Source of the DNA: Cyanophora paradoxa CCMP329
Lineage: Eukaryota > Plantae > Glaucophyta
Assembly (NCBI GenBank): GCA_004431415.1
Contig: QPMI01000693.1
Coordinates: 33,645-97,644 of the forward strand
DNA length: 64,000 nucleotides
Direction of reading: 5' to 3'
Shown here: positions 1 to 8,795 of the stretch, piece by piece
How the letters are laid out: each line of letters opens with the position of its first letter
Position numbering within the stretch: position 1 is the stretch's first letter
Program-made: the position numbers and the translations under genes
Notes under the pieces: model-generated
The model's database searches: none
What the model was told of the DNA's origin: nothing
Seen by the model: only the letters and a program-made list of their open reading frames with translations

Positions 1-206
1 GAGCAAATGGTCCACAACGCCATAGTGGACGCCATGTGGGATAACAGGGGCCGCCTCCCCCACCCATTCCGCTACGTCTCTATGGCCCTCCGCGGCCTCG
101 CCTTCCCGCCCCCCTGCACCGAGCAGCTCAACCAAATCCTGCGCGGTCTGATTCATTACAGACTCGCCTACCCGGCCTGGGCCTGAGCTACACCAAGCTA
201 CGGTGA

Positions 207-385
207 GTCCGACCAAGAGACGTGTCCGGACCCTCCCTACTTTCTTTATAGATTATTGGAAAGGTCCGGACACTAGAGGAGGGAGGGCGTACATAAGTAG
301 TCTGACCAAGAGACGTGTCCCGACCCTTCCAGATCTTTAAATTAATATCTGAGAGGGTCGAGACACTAGAGGAGGGCGTACAACT
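207..385. terminator. Two tandem ~94-bp hairpin units at the YqaJ 3' end (also at ~11918-12096)
   Basis: GACCAAGAGACGTGTCC occurs twice. Stems are GTGTCCGGACC/GGTCCGGACAC and GTGTCCCGACCCT/AGGGTCGAGACAC. The terminator role is inferred. Confidence 0.45.
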
Positions 386-1022
386 TAAACTCGCGCAGCG
401 CCGCCTGCTCCTCGCTGAGGTTCTCTGACTTCATTCGATCGCTGTAGGGCTCGGGCGGCGTGCCCTCCTTGACGTGCATCCAAAATAGATGTAAGCACTT
501 CCTCATGAGCTCGATGTACCTCTCGTCGCGCCTGACGTACCACGTTTGCACGCGCAGAGGAGTGAAGCAAAAAAGTTCGGCCCACTCGCGGCCCGTGATG
601 TCCAAAAGTCCCTGTAATTGAGTCATGTAATAAGTAGGAACTTTATCGTACAGTTCGCCCTTGTACGGGCATTTCACCTCTAAAATTCTATCATTTCCTA
701 TAAGTCCGTCGGGACTACCGGCGAGGAACGGCATTTCTTTATGTTCGTGCAGTCCAGTATGTTTAATGTCCACGTTATTGTTCAACGTTTTGTAGAGAGA
801 GACCGCGAAGGGCTCATAGTCATGCCCATAGGTTAGGGCAGGGTTGTCAAAGTTGTTTTCCTCCGCTATCCCGCTTAGCTCCGCCCAGAGGCGGGCCCTG
901 GATTTCCAGGGGTTTATGCCGCACGCAGCCGCAAAGTTCGAGGCAGTTAGCTTTTCGCGGCGCGCCGCGTGCCACGCCGCGCTCCCCTGTTGCAAAGTCT
1001 CGCAATCTGTATCGGTATGCAT
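366..1022 (-). CDS. YqaJ-like viral recombinase / lambda-exonuclease-family nuclease
   Basis: Motifs QQGSAAWHAARREKLTASNF, YGHDYEP, LAGSPDG, LEVKCPY, YYMTQLQG. Intronless. Confidence 0.9.
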   Translation of the reverse strand: MHTDTDCETLQQGSAAWHAARREKLTASNFAAACGINPWKSRARLWAELSGIAEENNFDNPALTYGHDYEPFAVSLYKTLNNNVDIKHTGLHEHKEMPFLAGSPDGLIGNDRILEVKCPYKGELYDKVPTYYMTQLQGLLDITGREWAELFCFTPLRVQTWYVRRDERYIELMRKCLHLFWMHVKEGTPPEPYSDRMKSENLSEEQAALREFKLYALL

Positions 1023-1072
1023 AGCTTAGCCTCGCAGTAGCGTTTAGAATTTCTTGATGTGTGCAATTGCAA

Positions 1073-1276
1073 ATGTCTGATAATCAGACTACCCTCCCAC
1101 CGCTATCGGGGTACATCCGAGATTACACTAAGCAGGTAAACGGGCTGATCGGCTGGGTGAAAGAAGAGATCCCCAATACAATGCGAGACGGCGGCATGGC
1201 TGCGACGTATTTGCGCGATGTGGCACGCCGAGGCCTCGAGTCCAGGGTAGACATCCGAACGTATGAGCCGCCGGTG
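1073..1276 (+). pseudogene. 5' half of ORF interrupted by the element (also 12782-12984)
   Basis: MSDNQ...RTYEPPV ends exactly on the TSD (CCG GTG = PV). Confidence 0.85.
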
Positions 1277-1572
1277 ACACATAGAGAAAGCCCGCGTTTT
1301 ACCCCTCGGCTTAGTTAAATTAAATTTTGTTAATAATTTACCTATATTTCTTTTATATTTTACGATAATTTAAGTGAAATTTATCTTTTATTGTTGTCTT
1401 TTATGTGTGTATTTCGTATATATTACTATTAAATTGTTACTGAAATTTTTCTTAATTGTAATTCCGATGCAATTCACTCGAATCTATCGTAATCATTTTA
1501 ATCTGAGGTGGATCTTTAACTAATCTAAATTATATCTCGCCTCAGTTTAAAACGCGGGCTTTCTCTATGTGT
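1277..1572. repeat. Terminal cassette bounded by perfect 25-bp inverted repeats (also 12985-13278, 34823-35118)
   Basis: ACACATAGAGAAAGCCCGCGTTTTA at 1277-1301 and its reverse complement at 1548-1572. Confidence 0.9.
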
Positions 1573-1964
1573 GATATTACGCATTATCGTGTATAATTAT
1601 ATGAAAAATATGAATATGCATTTTAACTTTAAATATTTGTAAATTATGTATTAATTTATATTGATAATATGTGTGAATTTATAATGGAGTTCCATGGAAA
1701 AATAATAAAATGTTCCGTGGGATTAAATGCGATGATAATATTAATTTGATATGGTGCGTTTTCTTACGTAAAACAGCTATAAGTCGTCAGACAAGCTGCC
1801 TCGGCTGCGCCTGTGCTGTATGGAATGTGGGGAAATATTAAATATGAACATGTTGAGATTGTATGAATGATATAATGTTTTTGTTATAGGTTCTAAGTGT
1901 AAATGGTGCATTTATTCATTTGAAGGAGACCACCACCCATTTAATTGGAAATTTAAATATTAAC

Positions 1965-2637
1965 ACTGAGTTGCATTATGTCCAATTAAACAGTTGATAT
2001 AATGGGATTCTGTTTTTTACCGTTATAAAATTGTATCTGATGTGCATTATGTCCTTTTAAACAATCATTGAGATTGCTGTGTATTTTGTTGGAATACATG
2101 ATTACTGCATTATGTCCAATTAAACAATTGATAAAATGGGATTCTGTTTTTTACTGTGATAAAATTGTGTCTGATGTGCATTATGTCCAATTAAACAATC
2201 GTTGAGATATCGGATGAAAATAATTCACTCGTTACTGCATTATGTCCGATTAAACAATTGATGGAATATCGGATGAAAATAATTCACTCGTTACTGCATT
2301 ATGTCCAATTAAACAATCGATGAAATATCGGATGAAAATAATTCACTCGTTACTGCATTATGTCGAATTAAACAATTGATGGAATATGGGATGAAAATAA
2401 TTCACTCGTTACTGCATTATGTCTAATTAAACAATTGATAAAATGGGATTCTGTTTTTTACCGTTATAAAATTGTGTCTGTGGTGTATTATGTCCAATTA
2501 AACATTTGAAGAGATTGACGAGATAAAAATAATAAAAAGTGTCACTGAGTTGCATTATGTCCAATTAAACAATTGATAAAATGGGATTCTGTTTTTTACC
2601 GTTACAAAATTGTATCTGATGTGCATTTTGTCGAATT
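1965..2637 (+). repeat. Sub-terminal tandem array, 11 cores GCATTATGTCCAATTAAACAA
   Basis: Cores at 1973, 2044, 2107, 2178, 2237, 2296, 2355, 2414, 2485, 2552 and 2623; periods 71/63/71/59x4/71/67/71. Confidence 0.9.
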
Positions 2638-2689
2638 GCTTGTATTAAACTGTTTTGCTCTTCTATGTATTCGATCTTAATTTAATGTG

Positions 2690-3000
2690 AAGGTTACGTT
2701 AATGTTTAAAAGTTACATGGAGTTACGTGATGGGTTACGTAGAGATTTTACGATTACTAAGACCATTCTCAGTGTTAAAATGGTTGATTTATCGTTATTT
2801 TGTCACTGTGAGTTACGGTTACGCAACTTTTTGAATTCTTTCTGAAAATTTGGCTGGGGGTCTTTTTATAGGTGAAGGTCTAAAACTTGCGTAACCACGT
2901 AACTTGCGTAACCTCTACGACATTATGGTGTCATTTCTCTATTATTTAGGTTACGTAACGTTTTTACTTACGTAACTTGTGTAACCTTAACGTAACCTTG
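2690..3000 (+). repeat. GGTTAC/GTAACC iteron module 1 (copies ~14398-14704, ~33397-33704)
   Basis: A GTTAC cluster, then the conserved GTTACGGTTACGCAACTTTTTGAATTC core, then an inverted GTAAC cluster. Confidence 0.85.
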
Positions 3001-3074
3001 TTATTCTTACATTTAATCATTGTTATACTATGATATCATGATAACTAAAAATGATATATGATAATTGCTTATCT

Positions 3075-3536
3075 TTAACCACGTAGAGATGTTAGATGAT
3101 CACAATCGAACATCTTAAAGATCTTGCATATCTCATTTTCAGGATCGGTGACATACCATAGACGGTGTCGCTTATCAAATAAAGCGCCTTGGTTTTTAAT
3201 GTATTTACGTAATGATGCCTGGGTAAATATACGTTTAGCTTCTATTTCAGGTAGTTTAGTTTTAATGTCACCAACGAAATATAGACGTTTCGGGCGATTA
3301 TGATAATCAGGATCGATAACAGTGGGGTTTATTGTAGGAAAGTGTTTTAAGATTCTATGAAACTTGTGTGAAACAAACCAATACCCTGTGTCATCATCGA
3401 ATTTAACGCCACAATCTTTGATATCAAATATTGATCTGAAACAAGTATTACGGAGGTTGCTTATATCCAATAAGAAAGCGCCGTAGTAATGGTGCGGCTC
3501 GTTTGTGGTGTTTCCGAAATAAATGAATTGATCCAT
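3075..3536 (-). CDS. Protein with two DUF5710-like repeats (frameshifted copy 14780-15240)
   Basis: IKDCGVKFDDDTGYWFV and IKNQGALFDKRHRLWYV resemble the K..GA.(W/F)D....WYV pattern. Confidence 0.6.
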   Translation of the reverse strand: MDQFIYFGNTTNEPHHYYGAFLLDISNLRNTCFRSIFDIKDCGVKFDDDTGYWFVSHKFHRILKHFPTINPTVIDPDYHNRPKRLYFVGDIKTKLPEIEAKRIFTQASLRKYIKNQGALFDKRHRLWYVTDPENEICKIFKMFDCDHLTSLRG

Positions 3537-3614
3537 TTGTAATCAGATGTTAAAAAGATTGTCAATTTTTCATAAATCCTTCTCTGTAAAGTTTTGGTTA
3601 AACAATTGGAAAGT

Positions 3615-3940
3615 TGCGGTTACACAACGGTTACACGGCGGTTACACTTGGTTACGCGGGGTTACAGGTGAGGTTACGTAGTGATTTTTCGATAAACCAT
3701 ACCATTTTCAGTGTGGTAATCGATAAAAATAACCATTTAGATACAGGGAGGTTACGGTTACGCAACTTTTTGAATTCTTTTTAAAAAAATGGCGGGGGGT
3801 CTTTTTATAGGTGGAGGTCTAAAACTTGCGTAACCGCGTAACTTGCGTAACCTGACGAGATTTATGGTGTCTTTTTGGTATTTTTAAGGTTACGTAACGT
3901 TTTTTCTTACGTAACCTGTGTAACCTTAACGTAACCTTAT
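3615..3940 (+). repeat. Iteron module 2 (copies ~15321-15641, ~32458-32778)
   Basis: Same conserved core as module 1. Confidence 0.85.
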
Positions 3941-4093
3941 TATAACATCTAAAATTCATCTGTTATCAAACGGTAGCGGTGTGATACATTTGATCGTGTT
4001 ATGAGAAGCGATAGGATCCACTTGTGAAGCGATGAAAAAATGAAGCAAATCTTAAAACTTAAACAATAAGTGAGATACAGCGGAATATACAAT

Positions 4094-4570
4094 ATGAACG
4101 CGTTCGATATCCTGACCTACATTAAGAGTATTACCCATATTCCCGTTCTCATCGATGCTGAGCTATCTTTAAAGAAGGCAAACCCTAACACTATCTGTAT
4201 TGTGCCGTATGATACTAAATATCGTGCGTATTTCGAAATGTTTCGTAAAAACTCGGGATATTCACCTAATACCCGTTTCGTCTGCTTTCTCACATTAGAG
4301 ACTCACTATATTCTTGTTCCGGTTCTAACTGAAACATCGTGTAAATCGTTTATCTCTAAGATCATCTCTAAATGGTCTGCTAACCTTCCTACTGAATCTA
4401 ATGAAACTAAGGAGTGCGTCATATGTCTCGATGATTGTAAAAGTAAAATACAAATGTCTTGTTTGACATGTTTCGCCAAAATGTGCAACACATGCTATTT
4501 ACAGTTGAAGAGATCAGAGAGCTTTAAATGTCCGATCTGTCGTAATGACATAAAGACGCAACGTGATTAA
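4094..4570 (+). CDS. RING-finger protein 1 (putative E3 ligase; frameshifted copy 15796-16271)
   Basis: CVICLDD...CLTC...CNTC...CPICR at the C-terminus. Confidence 0.8.
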   Translation: MNAFDILTYIKSITHIPVLIDAELSLKKANPNTICIVPYDTKYRAYFEMFRKNSGYSPNTRFVCFLTLETHYILVPVLTETSCKSFISKIISKWSANLPTESNETKECVICLDDCKSKIQMSCLTCFAKMCNTCYLQLKRSESFKCPICRNDIKTQRD

Positions 4571-4610
4571 TGTAAAAATTGATGGAAGATAAAAGTTTTT
4601 CCGCTCTGAC

Positions 4611-4814
4611 ATGAAAGAGAAAATGAATAATGGACATTGGGTGACTTTGGCGACATTGCATAATAAGAAGATTGAGCTTATCCATCGGGAGATTGACCTT
4701 AAACACACAAAAAGACAAGACCATGAAAGACTACAAAATGTTAAACAGTATATTGATGCAATCGATGTAATGATAGATGTAGTGAATACAATCGCTAAAA
4801 TTAAGACCATGTGA
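4611..4814 (+). CDS. Small hypothetical helical protein (copy 16312-16515)
   Basis: ATG start preceded by AAAATTGA at 4575. Confidence 0.5.
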   Translation: MKEKMNNGHWVTLATLHNKKIELIHREIDLKHTKRQDHERLQNVKQYIDAIDVMIDVVNTIAKIKTM

Positions 4815-4832
4815 ATTTCATCGATGTTTTTA

Positions 4833-5132
4833 TTACTTCTGTGTGCGTTTTTCAAGCTTCTGTCTCAATCTGAATGTAATAACGCTACCATCATGTCGTG
4901 CCTTCCCCCTTTGAATCGCTTTCGATATTTCCCTGGGTGTGTTCTCATCGAAATCAATGAATCGGGAAACCTTCTTTTTAAACTCTCTCTGTAAATATCC
5001 GGGTAGTTGGTTGATATTACACCCATCGTTTTTCTTAACAAGATTCTCGTAAATAATGCTACTGCGGTCATCCTGTGATAAATCGGGATTTTGAAGCTGT
5101 TCTATGAAAGCGTCGGGAATCCGTGAAGTCAT
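4833..5132 (-). CDS. Hypothetical protein, 99 aa (copies 16535-16834; 31264- frameshifted)
   Basis: ATG ORF preceded by AAAAATGA and converging on the 4611 ORF. Confidence 0.55.
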   Translation of the reverse strand: MTSRIPDAFIEQLQNPDLSQDDRSSIIYENLVKKNDGCNINQLPGYLQREFKKKVSRFIDFDENTPREISKAIQRGKARHDGSVITFRLRQKLEKRTQK

Positions 5133-5174
5133 TGTAGGTTACACTGTCTATTTTGGCGGGTTGTCATTTTTTGC

Positions 5175-5490
5175 ATCGGTTACATAGAGGTTACAAGAAG
5201 TTACAGATGAGTTACGCAACAGGCTACGTAGATATTTCACAATTGCAAGACGACTTTCAGTGTTATAATACAGGAGATTTAGTATTTTTAACACTGGCGG
5301 TTACGGTTACGCAACTTTTTGAATTCTTTTTAAAAAATGGCGGGGGGTCTTTCTCAGATAAAATAGTGAAAACTTGCGTAACCGCGTAACTTGCGTAACC
5401 TCTACGACATTATGGTGTCATTTCTCTATTATTTTGGGTTACGTAACGTTTTTATCTACGTAACTTGTGTAACCTTAACGTAACCTTATT
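5175..5490 (+). repeat. Iteron module 3 (copies ~16880-17191, ~30910-31218)
   Basis: Same conserved core as module 1. Confidence 0.85.
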
Positions 5491-5508
5491 ATTTAACATT
5501 CATCTTTC

Positions 5509-6045
5509 TTATTCATTTGCATATAACTTAGGCTCTAATGCTTCCATTCCGTCAAAAAATAGCTTAGTTCTACAAACTGAACACTTAGCATTCTCATGTG
5601 ATTCAAGTGAAGAGAGGAAACACTTAGGACAAACTAGTGTATTGCAAACGATACAGCCTTTATTACTTACATTGGTGTCAATGTTTTCAAGACAGATAGG
5701 ACATGTTTCATTCGGACTCTCAAAGTTTTCCCTCGCGAATGATTTAATAATGATTTCTACAAACCATTTGGTGTTCTCGTCATCAAGATATGGGACTAAC
5801 ATGTAACGATGTTTATATGATAATGCAAAACGAATAGGTTGAAGGGCATGATATCCCGCCTTTTCTTTCCATGCATCAAATACCCCTTTATTCTTGCGGT
5901 TCTGTTGAATAAAGTATATAATCTGTCTTTCGTTGGCTTTCATTAAGAATTTCGTATAATTCTTATCATTCAGTTTATCTGATGCATTGACTACGGGATA
6001 TGGCGAAATCGATTCTATAAGTTTCAATATATCGTTTAAATTCAT
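5509..6045 (-). CDS. RING-finger protein 2, paralog of RING 1
   Basis: CPICLE...CIVC...CPKC...CSVCR. N-terminus MNLNDILKLIESI resembles MNAFDILTYIKSI. Confidence 0.8.
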   Translation of the reverse strand: MNLNDILKLIESISPYPVVNASDKLNDKNYTKFLMKANERQIIYFIQQNRKNKGVFDAWKEKAGYHALQPIRFALSYKHRYMLVPYLDDENTKWFVEIIIKSFARENFESPNETCPICLENIDTNVSNKGCIVCNTLVCPKCFLSSLESHENAKCSVCRTKLFFDGMEALEPKLYANE

Positions 6046-6084
6046 TGGGTTGTGCTACTATCTGTTACAGTTTCTTTAATTAAC

Positions 6085-6456
6085 TTAGAGTTTCTCAATG
6101 TCGAACACTCTTTTAAGAACGCCATCAATTCTTACAGCATGTGATTTAATCCCGAAAATGCGCTTAATCACGATTCCGATGGCTGTTTTTGAAATCGGAA
6201 AGTCTATAAGCTCTTCTATTTCAGCATGGATTACATCGGAAGGTGTATAATCACCGTCATTACTTAACCTGTAACTATGCATTAAATACGCTTCCACATG
6301 GGACATCTCATGTTGATATTCGCCCATCTCATGTTGATATTTGCCCATCCCATGTTGATATTCGCCCATCTCATGTTGATATTTGCCCATCTCATGTTGA
6401 TATTCGCCCATTTCCATTTCATCCGTTACAATTTCAATGTATTCGATGCCTTCCAT
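6085..6456 (-). CDS. Stand-alone winged-helix protein with 7-aa repeats (copies 17788-18158, 29942-30312 frameshifted)
   Basis: (E/G)MG(E/K)YQH x5 encoded by 21-bp repeats. The C-terminus aligns by eye to the helicase C-terminal domain. Confidence 0.65.
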   Translation of the reverse strand: MEGIEYIEIVTDEMEMGEYQHEMGKYQHEMGEYQHGMGKYQHEMGEYQHEMSHVEAYLMHSYRLSNDGDYTPSDVIHAEIEELIDFPISKTAIGIVIKRIFGIKSHAVRIDGVLKRVFDIEKL

Positions 6457-6607
6457 GTTACACTTTACTGTTACAGATTGAAAATTTTGTTACAAGTTTT
6501 ACGGTTGATGTCCAAAAATTGACGCTGTAAAACACAGAAAGGTATTTAAGGGTTTGACTTAAAAGAGAAGTGAAAGGGATATTATCTAACTCTTATATAG
6601 AGGAATA

Positions 6608-7057
6608 ATGGCGAATACTCGGAAATCAAACCAAGAGCTTTTCGCTATTCAGAATGGGGAACCTGTCCCACCGGTTGAAAGGAATATAAAGAAGGAAAAA
6701 ACAGGATTGACTGAGGAAGAACGGGAAGAAAAGGCAAGAATAAGAAGGGCAAAAGATGCGGAGAGGAAGCGTGTAAAGTATCAGGAGATGAAACAACAAA
6801 GAATCGCAAATGGTGAGAAAACAGTTAATCCACCGGAGAGATTGGAAAAGATGGCTTTGTATATTCAGCGGCGATATGCGGAGGATGAAAAATTTAGGAA
6901 TAGAAGGAAAGAGATAACGCGGAACTACCAAGAACGGAAACGCCTCGAAAAGGCTTCTAAGGTAACTGAGCAAGAGACGGCAAAGAAAGGGGGACGACCT
7001 CGTAAATACAATACTTGTAATCCCGATGCATCATCGGAAAAAATCGTAGCGAATTGA
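6608..7057 (+). CDS. Basic coiled-coil protein with AT-hook (copy 18310- frameshifted)
   Basis: R/K/E-rich, with KKGGRPRKY AT-hook and upstream AAAATTGA at 6515. Confidence 0.65.
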   Translation: MANTRKSNQELFAIQNGEPVPPVERNIKKEKTGLTEEEREEKARIRRAKDAERKRVKYQEMKQQRIANGEKTVNPPERLEKMALYIQRRYAEDEKFRNRRKEITRNYQERKRLEKASKVTEQETAKKGGRPRKYNTCNPDASSEKIVAN

Positions 7058-7236
7058 TTGGTAGGAGGTGAAAAAATGACGCTTTACTTTCTCTTTTTTA
7101 TAACCTAAGCCAAATCATTAAAGTGCCGTGGGCAACCGAAAAGCATTTAAGGACTTGCTGAGAAGATAAGGTAAAAAGGAATTCATCAATTCCTCGGATT
7201 ATTTTCTTTGAGAAAGTTAAGAACCAATCGCTGAAA

Positions 7237-7700
7237 ATGAACGCTAACACGAAAATCGCAACTCCCTGTGAGAGACTCGGTAACCTGTGCAAATTTACAC
7301 CTGAGAAACATAATTGGGGGTCATTTCTCCATTGTCTCACTCCGAATACTGACAGCGAGACTGTCATAGAGTATTTCGACCATCAGATTACGGAAAGGAT
7401 TAATGATGATTTGAAGAAAGGAAAAAAACCGACCTACGCCGAATGCATTCAGCCAAACGAAATTACCCGTGTCTATCTGGATTATGACGGCTATGTGGAT
7501 CTTAAACCGGATGTTGCCGATAACTACAAGGAAGCCGATGAATTCATCCGTGAGATGCGCAACAGACTACACGAACTCACCGGTGCTACCATTGCTGTTT
7601 CAGTGCGTCATCGTCCTGTCCATTTCGTTAAGGAAGATGTGACCCAATTTAAGGTATCGGGGCATTTCGTCTTTACCGATCTGTGCTGTCGTCATGAAGA
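7237..7700 (+). pseudogene. Truncated 5' part of primase-helicase fused to GC-rich DNA
   Basis: AEP motifs RVYLDYD and SGHFVF, then the junction at 7700. Confidence 0.85.
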
Positions 7701-8575
7701 TGCCCTTGATGCCCAAGATGCCCTTCGCCAGCATCTGCGGGCCGGCGGGGGTCGGCGGGGAGGGGCGGCCGCGGCTGCGCGGGCGGCTGGGGCGCACCTC
7801 GGGCTTGTAGGCCGGGTCCGAGCTGAGCACCAGCAGCCAGAGCAGGTGCCCGGCCGCCTCCGCCATGCGGTTGAAGTAGAACTCCTCCGGGCCCGTCAGC
7901 AGGCCAATCGTGCGCCACTCGCCCTTGGCGATGTGCCGGGCACGGCGCCCATGAGCAGCCGCAGGCGCTGCGCCGCGAACAGCCGGCGGGCGTCGGCATC
8001 GCGCCCGGGCTTCGGCTTGCTCGGCGTGTCGAAGTTCTCCTCCGTCATGTTCAGCGCCGCGTGCATCGCCCGCACGTCCGCGTCCTGCGATGCGCCGCGG
8101 CGCCTCAGCCGCTGCGAGCGCAGAGAGAAAGAGGCAGCGAGCACCTCCGCGAGCCGCAGCCGCGACAGACGGAGTCGATGGAGAACTGCACCGACGGGCC
8201 GGGGGCACCCTCGGCGTTCAAAGTCTGCGCCGCGGCCAGCTTGCGCTTGCGCTCGGCCAGCTCGGTCTTGCGCAGCACATCCTTGCTGTTCGGGCTGAAC
8301 TGCATGCCGTCCTCCAGCGCCCGGGCCTGCGCCTCCTTTGCCTGGTCGCTGATGCCGGCCTCGAAGACCGTCCAATCGATGCCGAAGCTGTCGCCGACGC
8401 AGAGAACGTCGTACAGCGTGTTCCTCGCCAGCTTAGCCGGATCTCCGGAGGGAGCGCGAGCCGAGACATGCCGCCGCCGCTGCTGCTGCCGCCGCTGCTG
8501 CGAGTGCTGCGCGCGGGCTGCGAAGGCTTTGGCGCCAAGTTTCCAGCTGGTTTGAACGAGCGGCTTGCATTGCAT
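7701..8575 (-). CDS. Spliced hypothetical gene, 3' part cut by the duplication junction
   Basis: Coding-like segments (LARNTLYDVLCVGDSFGIDW...; ...GPQMLAKGILGIKGIF) run into the 7700 junction. Confidence 0.4.
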
Positions 8576-8795
8576 CGCCAGAGAGAAAAAGCGAGAAACC
8601 GACGGGGGGTTGCAGCCTGGGGGGTACGCGATTTTGAGGGGGGGAGAAGCGCGCTTCAAGTCTGAGTCTTCGCGAGTTAGGGGGGGGAAGAAGTCAACGG
8701 GGAATAAACCGTGAACGGAATCCGTTGAGACGTTGTTGTGAACCCGCGGGCACTAACAGCTGCGCACGTAGTTCGTTGAACCCGTCTGCCGCACC

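Larger units (their letters stand above)
1..7700 (+). repeat. Direct duplicate of 11712-19399 (flank plus left part of element), truncated inside the primase gene
   Basis: Position 1 GAGCAAATGG matches 11712. Identity ends at ...TCATGAAGA (7700/19399) and jumps to GC-rich DNA. Confidence 0.93.
1277..7700 (+). mobile_element. Truncated third copy of the element arm
   Basis: Same terminus after CCGGTG (1271-1276) and the same ORFs, here without frameshifts. Confidence 0.9.

Noticed and set aside
1965-2637. CRISPR array
   Set aside because: The spacers are themselves repeated in two classes, no cas genes are present, and the context is eukaryotic.
7237-8298. 353-aa primase fusion protein
   Set aside because: It is read-through across the duplication junction into antisense GC-rich sequence.
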